DNA from: Podarcis vaucheri
Lineage: Eukaryota
Assembly: GCA_965113315.1 (NCBI GenBank)
Contig: OZ220374.1
Direction: 5' to 3' (one strand)
Length of the DNA stretch: 64,000 bases
Part shown: positions 11,935 to 23,515 of the stretch, piece after piece
Position numbering within the stretch: position 1 is the first letter of the stretch
Layout: each line of letters begins with the position of its first letter
Program-made: the position numbers and the translations under genes
Notes under the pieces: generated by a model
The model's input: the letters and a program-made list of their open reading frames with translations, nothing else
Told to the model about the DNA's origin: nothing
The model's database searches: none

Positions 11935-12368
11935 GTAAAGCTCTGTTTTTCTCTCTTAAATGAAGAGCCCGGCAGATTAGAGTTTTTTGGAACGAGGCAA
12001 ACTACCTTTAATAGTGCAGCCACAATTACAGTGTAAAGAAAACCGGGGAGATAAAAGATTGATGTTGTGTTGGCAGTGCACTAACTGTGCTTAATAAGAT
12101 CTTGTAATAGCAAAAGTATTTTGTCTGTGGTTTAAACCAAGACTTGCAGGCTGAAAAAGTTAATGATCCACAAGGGTTAGTAATGCATGTATCATTCTTC
12201 ACAGCTTTATTTATTTTTTAATGAACTCTTAACTTACACATTGTGCAACTTCAAGGGTTATGAATAAACGGATGCTTAAAATGGGATGTGAAATTGTGAA
12301 ATAATGTGGAAAGGATGGAAGGTAATAAGTACATGGCGTTCTCTGCTGGACTGTCTCATTCTGCGCAG

Positions 12369-12444
12369 TGGAACAAAACTGAAGCTCCCGAATCCAGCAA
12401 ACCAGCTCTGAAAAGAAATACCACAGACAGAAGCATTTTGAAAG
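12369..12444 (+). CDS. Candidate exon WNKTEAPESSKPALKRNTTDRSILK(G), phase 0 to 1; could instead be a first exon starting at ATG 12333
   Basis: Pyrimidine-rich ctgtctcattctgcgcag| acceptor, AAG|GTGCAG donor, open frame ending in ILK-G like the 11712 exon. Confidence 0.38.
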
Positions 12445-13105
12445 GTGCAGACCTGCAGGGAATGAGCAAAGATGCTTGGCAAAGTGGAGGCGAAGTAGTG
12501 GAATAATGAATACTCTTACACATCTCCTGATCTCCTGAACGAGATACTTGAGAAACTGTAGTGTGATAGGCAGCGTTTCCCCCCTGCAATTTATAACCAG
12601 TGGGAAGTGGAGACTTCAGTTGTATTATGAATCCTAAGGCTGGATTTGCAGGGCGTTATGAAATAAGAGCATCAGTCTCCTAAATGATTTCCCCCTCATC
12701 TTTTAGTGACCTGGGGATGGGGGTGGAAAGGAACCCTTTCCTTTCATAAATGGCAGCCAATTTTGCTTTCCATTACAAGCAGTTAAATCACAGACTTTGT
12801 AACTTGAAACTGTAGAGGTTCACTTTATGCACACACACACACGGAACATCAAAAGCTTATAGGTTTTGTTGCTATTCTGGACAGGATGTTTTTCAACAGT
12901 GGTCCCTGCCCCCCCCCCCGGCTTGCCTGTTGCATGATTTTTATTATTAAGAAGAAGGGAGGTGATGACACTTTATATTGCCTAGTGAGACGGACAGTGT
13001 GTTTGTACCAAAGGCTCTCTGGGACACATAAAAGACAGGCAGAGAAGCAAATGGCAAAACACTGCTTTTTGGGGGGAAGCTTAAAATGTCTGTTCTTGCT
13101 TGTAG

Positions 13106-13193
13106 CGAAATGTGCATATTTGGCAGCTGACATGGACACTTCCCTTTGAAGATGAGAAAGAGGCTAAAAATCTTTGTTTTGAGAAACAGCAAG
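13106..13193 (+). CDS. Weak candidate exon RNVHIWQLTWTLPFEDEKEAKNLCFEKQQ(G), phase 0 to 1
   Basis: Branch-like cttaa and tgtctgttcttgcttgtag| acceptor, AAG|GTAAAA donor, open frame. Confidence 0.22.
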
Positions 13194-15422
13194 GTAAAAA
13201 TAAATTCTCATTAGTAGCAGTACCCATCCATCTCTCCATCTGCCCACCAGGTGGACTTGTAATTTGACTGTGGGATAGAAGGTAATGTTGAAATTTACTG
13301 AGGTTCTCCCCCTTTCTTATCTGTGTTGTGTTTTCTACCATTTTTTTAAAAAGCTGCTCAGACAATGCCTTAAAAAATTGCCTCCTCTTGCAGCTTCTGA
13401 AATGTTGCCTTATGATCAGAAAGTTGCAGGCCTTTCCCCAGTGCTGAGTTTTACAGAATATTAAGTGATGCTTTTAGGGAACATGACTTTTATGAAGCTC
13501 CTGAGGCATGCTTCTACCTGTTGCAGCTCAAGTGTTTTTAGTGCTACATAATATTCTATGATGAACAGCGATGGCTAGTACAGACTGGTGTTTTAAATTT
13601 GCTCTTAAAGCTCCTGCAGAAAGAAAGAAGAAAAAAAACACACCCAGTGGCTAAAAGTCAAATGGTGTGTGTTTGTGTGTGTGTACGCTTTTGGCATTCA
13701 GAGTACTGTGTTTGTTTTTTAGAGCATGAATTGATTCCTGTTATGCATTGCATAACATTGCACATGTGTGTACACATAAGGCAAAGCATTTGAGAAAATT
13801 ACTTTGGGGAAGAAAGTTAGAAAATGCCTGTTGTGCTTAGTGCCAGGAGCCCTATATGAAATATATTGGGGGGGGGGATATTTCTAAATAAACATGCACA
13901 GGATTGTGATATGGTTCTTGGTTACAGTGACCTGGGAGTTGGAGAGCCATGTTGATGAGGTCAGTGACATACCACTATGCACTGAGCACCAAGGGCGCAT
14001 GTGACTGTAGCAGGTTTTGCATGTCCATAGTTATGAGTGGACACTCAGGTGAAATCTACACACAAACACCGTGCAAATCTCTGCATAGCTGAGTCCCCAG
14101 TCTCTGACAGCAATGTCAGAGTGTCCTTCCTAGAAGGATAAGTGATCAGTGGCTGTGCTGGAGTTTTAAAGATGGTGGTTTGCATGCAAAATGGGTTGAG
14201 ATGTTGGTCTCACCTGGATCTAAGTGACAGTATCATGGAGCTAAATGTAAAATGGCCTCAGATTGTAGGCTTAATACTGACGTGAAACAATTGCCTTCTA
14301 TCCACCCAATTCTTTCCTGCTGAACCTGTTGCCATTAAGAGTCCCCACATTCACTAGAAGCACATAGACAGCTGCTTCTTGTTGGGCTGGAGGCTTCAAG
14401 ATGGAGAAAACTCTTAAAAGCTTAAGAGTAGTAAAACTGGCATGGTGTTTGTTTGGCTAGAGCATAGAATTTCGTATTCCATCTCTGTGTACACTGGAGC
14501 AGAGTTTTAACACTGTGTTTTGTTCAACCCTTAAATGTTCTCTGGATGTCCCCAACTGGGGCTGAAGCTTTTGCACAATTTGGGGCACATCTGTATAAAA
14601 ACTTCCTGTGATCCCAGTACAACACTGTAGCATTTAAAAAAACCCAAACCCTAGAAGTTCGAGAAGACCTAGAAGCTGCCTCTTCTATTTGATAACTGGT
14701 AAGGATTATTGCTCATGTCCATGTATTTCAAAATATAGTTGTGACACAGAAGAACGTGTTGGGCAAGGAACGTGGATTAAAGCTTCCGAACAGGGAGAAA
14801 TGTGCAGTTCTAATGCGCCTAGAACAATGGGAGTTTTTAATGCTGGTTTTGGTATCTATGAAGTCTCCCTGATAAGTGGAAGTGAACTGGAATAATGCAT
14901 AGGAAGTAGATTCCAAGATGGTGTGATTTAAAGATTTTATAGCAAAGGTTCCATTACTCTGTAATGGAATTACTTGTACATTCCAACACAGATGTGCGTG
15001 TTCTATATTTGCTAAATACATCAGATGGAAACTAAGCTGAGGGTATGAACAGGTCCTAGACTGCCCATGGTTTTGGTAAGTGTGCTGAAAGTCCAGTGTA
15101 TCTCTGAAATACATGTGAACACACATATACATAGACACCCTCAAGCTTTTGGTTTTGGCTCTGGTTTACTGAGCTGAGCATGCAGCAATTAAGTGCTGAA
15201 AAGTCAGGCATGCATGTAGGAATGCTAGTTTGTCTACTGCTGCTTATAGTACAGGATTGCCACAAACGTTTTGAAATAATTGTATGTGAAGCAAAAGAAG
15301 TTGCTTTGTTGTGCAAGGCGATACCATTGCCCAGCTTAATAAGGGCCAAATTATATGTTCCATTAAATGTGTGATTAAACATGCTACTGACTGCAGTGGC
15401 ACCTTTTCTCCAGAATCAAATA

Positions 15423-15663
15423 CAGTGGTACCTCGGGTTAAGTACTCAATTCATACCGGAGATCCGTTCTTAACCTGAAACTGTTCTTAACCTAAAGCAC
15501 CACTTTAGCTAATGGGGCTCCTGCTGCTGCTGCGCCACCGCTGAACGATTTCTGTTCTCATCCTGAAGCAAAGTTCTTAACCCGAGGTACTATTTCTGGG
15601 TTAGTGGAGTCTGTAACCTGAAGCGTATGTAACCTGAAGCGTATGTAGCCTGAGGTACCACTG
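15423..15663. mobile_element. Tc1/mariner MITE (taacctgaag subfamily)
   Basis: TIRs cagtggtacctc / gaggtaccactg, TA on both sides; same family as 34181 and 57156. Confidence 0.93.
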
Positions 15664-16735
15664 TAACAGCTTTTAGAGAGCAGTTTTTTATGTCTACAAC
15701 AGTATGAGTAGGAAGGACTGAACTCTCTCTTCCTTGTATAACACAGTTCCAGTTATGACATGTGCATGCCTGGTAGCTTCTATTAAACACCACCAGATAG
15801 GTTTGATGCTTTCACACATTTAACCTATCATATAATTTGGTCCTATGTATGTATGCATTTTAGTAACGAATGTGACTCGTGTGATCTTTTTACAAAAAGG
15901 CATGTTGTAAATTGTGTCAAATAAGATGTGTTTCTGTTGGAGGCCTTAATAAACACAGGTGGAGTTTTGGAAGCCGGCATCATGGATTGGATCCAGATTT
16001 CCCTGGAGCAGGACACTGGAGGGAGGAATGGGCAGTTAGGGGAGGGGAGCAAAGAGAGATAGGAACTTAGAAAGCTACTTTAAAAATAAATAAATCCAAG
16101 ATTAGATACATGATAAGTGTTTGAAATGCACAGAGCTTACCCCCGCCCAACACTTCGGTGCACATCACTTTTCACTTTCCATACCTGCATGCTACACCAA
16201 TAGTTGAAGCAGCAGCTATGTTGCTGCTATCCACATACATGGGTGGCTGTATACTTTGCAGGTAGTACACATCCATGTTCTTAGCTCACTTACCTCAGTT
16301 AGTGTTTCCGTGCCCCACTGGGAGCACGTGCACAGGTTTTCGTTTACCTGTGCCATTTTTTATTTTTTATTTTGGGGATGCAAGTTTCCCATTACAACAG
16401 ACTTTCACAAAACAGTGAGCTCATTGGGTCGTGCCCAGCCCCACCAGTAGCTCACTGGTGAAGCAGAAGCTAAGTTTAAGGTGGAGGTGAACGAAGAGGC
16501 GGAAGTGAAGTGGTGGTCCCGACGGGCAGAAAGGAAGTAGGATGCTGCATTGTGGTACACACCCACACAGGTGTGCCGCCTTGCCTCCACGATTGAGGGG
16601 CCTGGCGCCATGCAATGTGCACATGTCACACAAACAACATGCCCACGCGGCGCATGCATGCCACAAGACACAAGTACGGCGCACGGTGTGTGCACACTGC
16701 ATGCGCATGTTGCCGTGGAATATTGACGGGGCCCA

Positions 16736-17115
16736 GGCATTAGTGAAGCTGAATGTTGGACAATTCAGGACAGATAAAAGAAAATGCTTCTTCATGCAGC
16801 CTATAGTTAAACTATGGAACTTACTCCCACTGGAGGCAGTGATGGCTACCAACCTAGATGCCTTAATGGAGGACTAGAAAAAGTCCAGGAGAGAGCTCTC
16901 AGTGGCTACTAGCCATCATGGCTGTGCTCTGTCTCCACAGTTGGAAGCAATAAAGTTTCTGAATACTCGTTGCTGAAAATTGTAAAAGGGGAGCGTGCTC
17001 TTGTGCTGAGACTCTGCTTGCAAGTTTCTCACGGGCATCTGGTTGGCCGCTGTGAGAACAGGATGTTGGACTAGATGGGCCATTGGCCTGATCCAGCAGT
17101 CTATTCTTATGTTCT
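16736..17115 (+). mobile_element. CR1-type LINE 3' end (ORF2 C-terminus plus long 3' UTR)
   Basis: Translates to KLNVGQFRTDKRKCFFMQPIVKLWNLLPLEAVMATNLD (CR1 ORF2 end) and ends in ttcttatgttctt. Confidence 0.88.
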
Positions 17116-17809
17116 TTCAATCTCCTTCCCCAGAAAGGATTTGTGACCAGGAAATAGTTGTTACCCTCCATTGTAACTGGGGCTTGAAATAGGATTTGAG
17201 GCACCCACAGGATAGTGCTATAAGTTTGGCTGGAATTCTGGATCATGCCCCAATGTTTGTATAAAAGAGTATTTTGGTTTACCAAGTAGTGCTTTTGCTT
17301 CCAGGGCATTATGTAAAGATAATCCTGCAACGAGCAAAACCCATCATGCAACAGTATTCAAACCCAATCCACTTTTATTGCTACTGCGTTCGATTTTATT
17401 AATATATTCTTGTCCTAAATTTTGTTACTGAAACTTTATGGTACAGGGTGTCGTAATTTATTTTTCTTATAAAGCCATGGACAGGTTAAAGCTTGTATAT
17501 TCTAGAAGTAAACATGATTTCTGCTTTAAACATGAGACATTTTACTCCTGGGACGCATTTGCAAAGTTATGCTTATGGTTTATGTCAGAAAAACGGACAC
17601 GAGGGACATGCTTTGATATTTTATGACTTAAAATATAAGACAGTTTAAAATATTTTGTAGCTAGCTGACCAGAGAAGGATTTTAGTAAAATTTTGTTGGA
17701 TGGCTGCAGTCAGACAGTTAAAATAATTATCAACAAATCTTTTTAAATGTTAAAGGTTTGCTCTCTCTTTCTCCTTTAATGTTAAGAGTATCAATAATAT
17801 ATATCAGCT

Positions 17810-19180
17810 TAAGTTGCAGATCTGGGTAACCTGCTGGGTCCCAAATTTACCATGCTGTTATGCGTCCTTTCAAATCAAGCGATTAATTCCTGTAGTGCAT
17901 AATGACAGTGAAGTTGACAATCCCCAGTATAACAGAGCGCTTCCTTTTTGGAAGTTGAAAAATGAAAAAAAATTGGGTCGTATTACTAATTCTTTGTTGT
18001 TGACCAAGATTAATGTGTGGAAAACATGGCCACATTTCTTAGTTCAATCTGAATCCCCACTAACAGCTTTCTTATGCCAGCCTCTCTTTTATGAAGAATT
18101 CAATTTCCAGACAAATGCTCATTGGCCTGCTAACAGTGTTTATCATGTTTGTGCTCTGTTTGACAAAGGCTGGGCACAGGAACTGGACGTACCCAGGCAA
18201 AAATTGAGTTATGTTTGAACCACTTGGTTTCCATTGTATCAAATCCATTTGTTCTGTAAAGCTTACCTTTGAAAGGTGAGGGAATTGAGATCTCTTACCT
18301 TTTTTGATCAACTGCGTGTGAAGTCTTCTAGTAATCTGAATGGGGTGGTTTCCATATTGTATAAAATACTTAGCTCCATGTCTATGTCTACTGAAGAAGC
18401 AGTGGGGAATGGGGGGGATCCTTCCACATGTGGTGGGAGTGTCCAGTTGTACAAGTGTTCTGGATGAGATTGTTCCAGAAAATCTCTACCATTGTGCAAC
18501 AAAGTATTCCAAAAGCCCCTAAGTTAGCTTTATTGTCAATGTTTCCTAATACAGTCCAAAATATTGTGTACAAGGACTTGCCCCCCCTTTTTTTTGCTTA
18601 TGGCTGCTCATATAGAGATTGTAGAACATGGGAGACTTCACATAGACTTTACGTTCCAGGCCCAATGGAATAGAGTTTGAACTTTGGTTATGGTGGCGAA
18701 AGTGATTGAGGCTATTAGACTGGCTAGAGGAGTTAAATGTAAATATTATTTTTTTTACAGTTACCTGATTTCCTTTTGTTGTATATGTAACTTGACAGCA
18801 GGATGGGGTTCTTCTTCAAGAGTCTCAGTGACCACTGTGGTCTGACATAATTCCAAAGCATTTTTGGCCTTTAGCTTTATACTCCTGTGGATTTCCTCAG
18901 GCCTTTTTTTCAGGGGCAACTCACCAGAACTCAGTTCTGGCACCTCTCAGGTGGGTGCCCATTGCCATTTCATTCTCAGTTCTGGCACCTCTTTTTCCAG
19001 AAAACTAGCACTAGATTTCCTTCAATTATCTCACTCGCCTATTATCCACCTCTGTGTTTTACTGTCTATCCCATATCATTCCTCTACCATTGTTTTGTAA
19101 CACTGGTTTGTGTCCTATGGTTTGTTCTGTTTCCCATCACAAAAAAATTCATTAAAAAAAGATTTTATAAAAAAAGAAAG
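17810..19180 (+). mobile_element. Degraded L1-type LINE 3' fragment
   Basis: HMWWECP at about 18425 resembles the L1 ORF2 C-terminal cysteine-rich motif; A-rich tail at 19140-19180; 5' boundary approximate. Confidence 0.65.
18898..19013. mobile_element. hAT-family MITE nested in the L1 fragment
   Basis: Perfect 8-bp TSD gatttcct (18890-18897, 19014-19021); TIR-like ends caggccttttttt / aaaactagcacta. Confidence 0.85.
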
Positions 19181-20120
19181 TATGCACAAAGAGAAACCAA
19201 GCAGCCTTGATATTAACAATGAGGGCAATTCATTTTAACTGGTGTACTAGGTAAAAAATTGCTGCCTCAGCTCAACATATGGCACAGTCTAAAGAAGACT
19301 GTCCTCTGGGAATTGTCCGGTTCCTGTGTACCCAAATGTCCTAAAGAGGGGGAAAAACACTACAACCCAAAAATATGTTGTATCAAAAGCACCTTATGAA
19401 ACCAGCCCGTCTGCAGTGTGTAATGCGGAATCAGAATGCTCCCTCACCCTGTTCACAGTATACAAAATTAGGAGGTATCCTGGAGGTGGGGCATGGACAA
19501 GGCTGGATTGTGTGATGCACTGACCAGAAGCTGCAATCACATTCCTATTTGTTGGTAGGTGCCATTTATTTTTTACTTACAGAGTTCCAGAACCCGCAGT
19601 AGTGTAATATTTCTGGACTGTCTTCAGGGGCAACTCTAAGCCAAGCAGGATGCATTGGTTGTAGTAGTTTAAAATAGTCTTGATGACAATGAGTCTTGTG
19701 CGTAATAAATAAATAAACGGCATCCGTCAGAAGACACGACTCATGGGAGTTTGGTGACTGCCACCCCAATTATGAAACAGAGGAAGCTGGAATAAAATAC
19801 ATGAAACCCTATGGGCCGCTTCTGGAACCTTCACTTTGCTACATAAAAGGTTTTTGCAAAGACCTGCAGCCAAACAACCTTGGGTGCTTGTTTTATCTTT
19901 TGTATGCTTTTCATACTGGTATCCGAACAACAATGAAAACAGAAATAACCGACCATCAAAGTAGGAAAGGCATGTTAGCAGACTCAGTGTGCAAAAAAGA
20001 GCAGCAGGAAGCATGGATTATAACCCACTTCTGAAAGGATGACAGAGAGGAAACCCCTCAGAGAAGAATCCTACAGGAGGGCATTCCAACAGGAATGGCC
20101 CACATAAATTAGCCCCCACA

Positions 20121-20382
20121 TGTTGTTGTTGTTTAGTCGTTTAGTTGTGTCCGACTCTTCGTGACCCCATGGACCAGAGCACGCCAGGCACTCCTGTCTT
20201 CCACTGCCTCTCGCAGTTTGGTCAAACTCATGTTCGTAGCTTCGAGAACACTATCCAACCATCTCGTCCTCTGTCGTTCCCTTCTCCTTGTGCCCTCCAT
20301 CTTTCCCAACATCAGGGTCTTTTCCAGGGAGTCTTCTCTTCTCATGACGTGGCCAAAGTATTGGAGTCTCAGCTTCACGATC
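20121..20382 (-). mobile_element. RTE-BovB LINE 3' fragment
   Basis: ORF LRLQYFGHVMRREDSLEKTLMLGKMEG...RWLD...WRALVHGVTKSRTQLND is the BovB/RTE C-terminus; (CAA)n tail. Confidence 0.93.
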
Positions 20383-20575
20383 TGAGCTGTTTTTAGCTCA
20401 TCTGTTGTAGGGTCTCAGAAATGTGGAGGTCATATGGGAGGAAACATTAACCTCCCCCAACCTTAGTTCCCCACTTGTTGTTGGACTGCAATTCCCCTAA
20501 TTTCCAGCCAGAATGGCCAGTGTTCAGGGATGGTTGGACCTAGTGTTAATCAGGATATGCATCACTACTTCATGA

Positions 20576-20660
20576 TGCAACCCTATACCTGCTTACCTGG
20601 GAGTAGGCCCCATTGAACTCTGCAGGACTTACTTATAAGTAGCCACATACAGAATTGTAC
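20576..20660. mobile_element. Short ancient palindromic MITE-like repeat
   Basis: gcaaccctatac...cttacctgggagtaggcccc...ggacttacttataagtagcc...agaattgt; degraded relatives at about 5325, 5410, 40850 and 51740. Confidence 0.55.
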
Positions 20661-21246
20661 TGTGTGAGATCGAAACCAGTATGTTGGGTTAAGCTTGGGA
20701 GCAGACTGGTAGCAGCAAGTGTCACAAAGAGTAGGTAGAATGTGAATATTTCAATTTGTATCTGTTAACAGCTGGGCTTCAGCATTCTGCACCAGCAACC
20801 ATTCTGGACTGCCTTCAAGGGCAGCTCCAAATCAAGCATTTTAGAATAATATGTCCCATTTCCTAACAGCTGTCTCAAGTGCTCTGATGGGTTCCAAGAG
20901 TGAAAACCAGGCAAACATCCAATGACTGAAACCCGTCAAGTTTCTTTGTAGACTATTCTCCTTTCGCCTTCCCCTCTTCTTCCTCCTCCTCCTTCCCCTT
21001 GCAAGAATAAACTTGAATTTGTTCATGCTAGTGTGCATTTGGTTGCTAAAGCAGAATGTTTCAGATTATACATAAACTGCTGGTTAAAGTGTCCCTATGC
21101 TCTACTTGACATTCCAAAATGTATCATTGTTATTCTCTCCAGATTTCTCATTCAGTCAGAGCACTGGAGAGGTTTATATTTCCCCTTTTGTATGCTTGTA
21201 AACTTGCTTCATTCTTGCAAGTTCAACCAAGCAGACGTTCACCTCA

Positions 21247-21300
21247 CATTTTTGGAAGTCTAGTCAAGAATGGCATTTTTGGAAGTCTAGTCGAGAATGA
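21247..21300. repeat. 27-bp tandem duplication
   Basis: catttttggaagtctagtcaagaatgg / catttttggaagtctagtcgagaatga. Confidence 0.92.
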
Positions 21301-21428
21301 CTTATTACCTTTCAGAACCACACCTGCAAAAAGTTGTGTATTCTGAACATTGCTAAGATAAAGATAAATGCTACAATTACCCACCCCAACCAATCCTTTC
21401 TTCTCTCCTTCCTGCCCCTCCCAGCTGG

Positions 21429-21846
21429 TAGGGATGAGGTAGGAATATGATTCAATTCTCATTTAAAGGCAAATCTACCTAACTTGCACTTTCTGAAACA
21501 TGTGAACCAAAGCACAGGCCTCTATGAAATTTGTGTTTCCCCGAATTTTGCAATGCAGTCTCCCCACCCCCCAAGTAGTGTGTACAAAAATGCACATGTT
21601 AGCGTAAAATGTGCATAAAATGCAGATATTGGCCAAAAATATATACAAAAATGCATTATTTTAGGGACTGTGGTTTTGCAAACAAACAGTGTAATTAGGC
21701 AAAATTGCGTAGAAAAACGTGTCTGTTAGGAACTTTTCTTTTAATATAAAAAGTGTAAACTGATGTTGAATTGGGAAGAAAGGAACTTAAGATAGAAAAT
21801 AAGAGAAACTGAGAGAAACCAAAAATGGCAGATTCACCAATCGCTA
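21429..21846 (+). mobile_element. Old non-autonomous hAT-like element
   Basis: Starts tagggatg, ends caatcgcta (degenerate TIR); flanking 8-mers match 5/8; second copy at 1758-2135. Confidence 0.6.
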
Positions 21847-22628
21847 TCTGTTGGTGAAGATAGTTTGAGATGCATAATTGTTTGTAAAGCCACTTGGAAA
21901 AGCAAGCAATATTATGGGAGGAATAATTACCAAAAGTCTTCAGATGAAGATTTTGATTTCCCCCCTCTCTTACAGTCAGAAGCCTTCCCCCTCACCATCA
22001 AACTGCATCTGGCATTCTGATAATTTTCACATAAAATCCGGATGCTTGCCAAATGCGAGACTACTGTACTGTATGTTTATAACAGTAATTACTTTTATGG
22101 TAGCTATCTGGAGCAAAATGTATTTTCTAGCAACTTATGGGCCACATAAACTTTACTGCTGTCCTATTAGTCTAGTGAACGGAAATGGAAAGCACGAGAA
22201 TAGCTTCCTGTATTATTTATTTTATTTTACTTTTTGAAATGATTGGTATGAGTAGCTGGGCTGATTATTTTTATGGCATGATTTGAAAAACAACATCTAG
22301 ATTTAGAGCTATCCTACATAATGCAACCCCCCAACCCCCCACTTTGATGGCAGCAATGTATAGCTGAAATGAGAGTGAAAGGGGTCTGTTAGAAGTGACT
22401 TTTCAGTCTAGCTTGCACCCTAGGCAGTATTTTGCATTCTCGCTTTGGTTCTGCGAGAGTGTGTGTGTTTGTTTCTGTGAACTACTTTTAAAATCCTACT
22501 AAGATGTGAGAGCACTAAACAAAATGACTTAAATAAGGGACATTGCTGGGTCATTAAAGGGCTCAGAATGCAGGGCCATGACAAAAAAGTTGCATAAAAT
22601 TTCCTTATCCGTGTGTGTGTGTGCGCGC

Positions 22629-22782
22629 CAGTGGCGTAGCGTGGGTTCTCAGCACCCGGGGCAAGGCAAGTAATTTGCGCCCCCTAACCCGTGGATTTTA
22701 GCATTTGAGTCTCTTCCGCGCGCCCCCCAGATGTTGCGCCAGGTGTAGCAGGCCCCCCCTGCACCCCCACGCTACGCCACTG
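22629..22782. mobile_element. hAT-type MITE, CpG-rich
   Basis: Perfect 17-bp TIR cagtggcgtagcgtggg / cccacgctacgccactg; no matching TSD. Confidence 0.85.
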
Positions 22783-22800
22783 CTCCCACCACAAGTTTTC

Positions 22801-22988
22801 AGGACAGCCATCCGAAGGCTGGCGCGGGGAGAAGGTCTCTCCGCCCCACCGCCAGGCTTCGGAGCAGCCTTCCGAAGCCTGGCGGTGGGAGGAGGTCTCT
22901 CCGCCCCACCGCCAGGCTTCGGAGGAGCCTTCCGAAGCCTGGCGGCGGGAGGAGGTCTCTCCGCCCCACCGCCAGCCTTCAGAGGAGG
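22801..22988. repeat. 60-bp GC-rich minisatellite, about 3 copies with self-complementary units; probably internal to a DNA transposon
   Basis: Lines 22801, 22861 and 22921 align in register; contains cccaccgccaggcttcgga / tccgaagcctggcggtggg inverted arms. Confidence 0.9.
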
Positions 22989-23124
22989 TCCGAGGACAGT
23001 GGGGAAGACGCGCTGCGCTTCCCCGCTGTCCCGGAGATTTCCCTATGGACTTTCGTCATGTGAAGGGCGTCTCAATTTTGTCTGGATTAAGTCTCAGGTG
23101 GTTTTTGTTTGTTTGTTTTTGTTT

Positions 23125-23515
23125 TGCCTCTCAAGCTGTCCATGATCACAATCCAGCACATCTACTGCCTCACCTGCAGAAAATGAAAAGGAGAAATAGA
23201 GCCTCCTGTCATCAGCATACTGATGACAATGCACTCCAAAACTCTGTATGACCCCCCCTCCCATAGTTTTAATATGTAGGTTAAGCAATGTGGGGGATAG
23301 ATCTGACTCTTGCGGGTCTCCATGCTGGAGAACCCATGCAGCTAAGCAGTGCTCCTCAATAATCACTTTCTGGAGTTGACCACTGAAGTAGAGGGAGGAC
23401 CACCACATTACAGTGTCCCCAGATACCCAGCTGAGAAGGTGACCCCAGAAGACCACTAAGGTTGATGTTGTTGAAAGTTGCTGAGACATCAAACAGAATC
23501 AACAGGGTCAGGGTC
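23125..23515 (-). mobile_element. Old L2 reverse-transcriptase fragment
   Basis: Minus-strand ORF includes PQESDLSPTLLNLHIK...VIQSFGVHCHQYADD..LYFSF (RT PQG and YADD motifs). Confidence 0.85.

Noticed and set aside
22801-22988. CRISPR-like repeat array
   Set aside because: The units are contiguous tandem copies without unique spacers, in vertebrate DNA with no cas genes
22705-23145. 146-aa ORF with repeated GGGLSAPPPGFG units
   Set aside because: It is the translation of a 60-bp minisatellite next to a MITE, with a non-ATG start and no splice support
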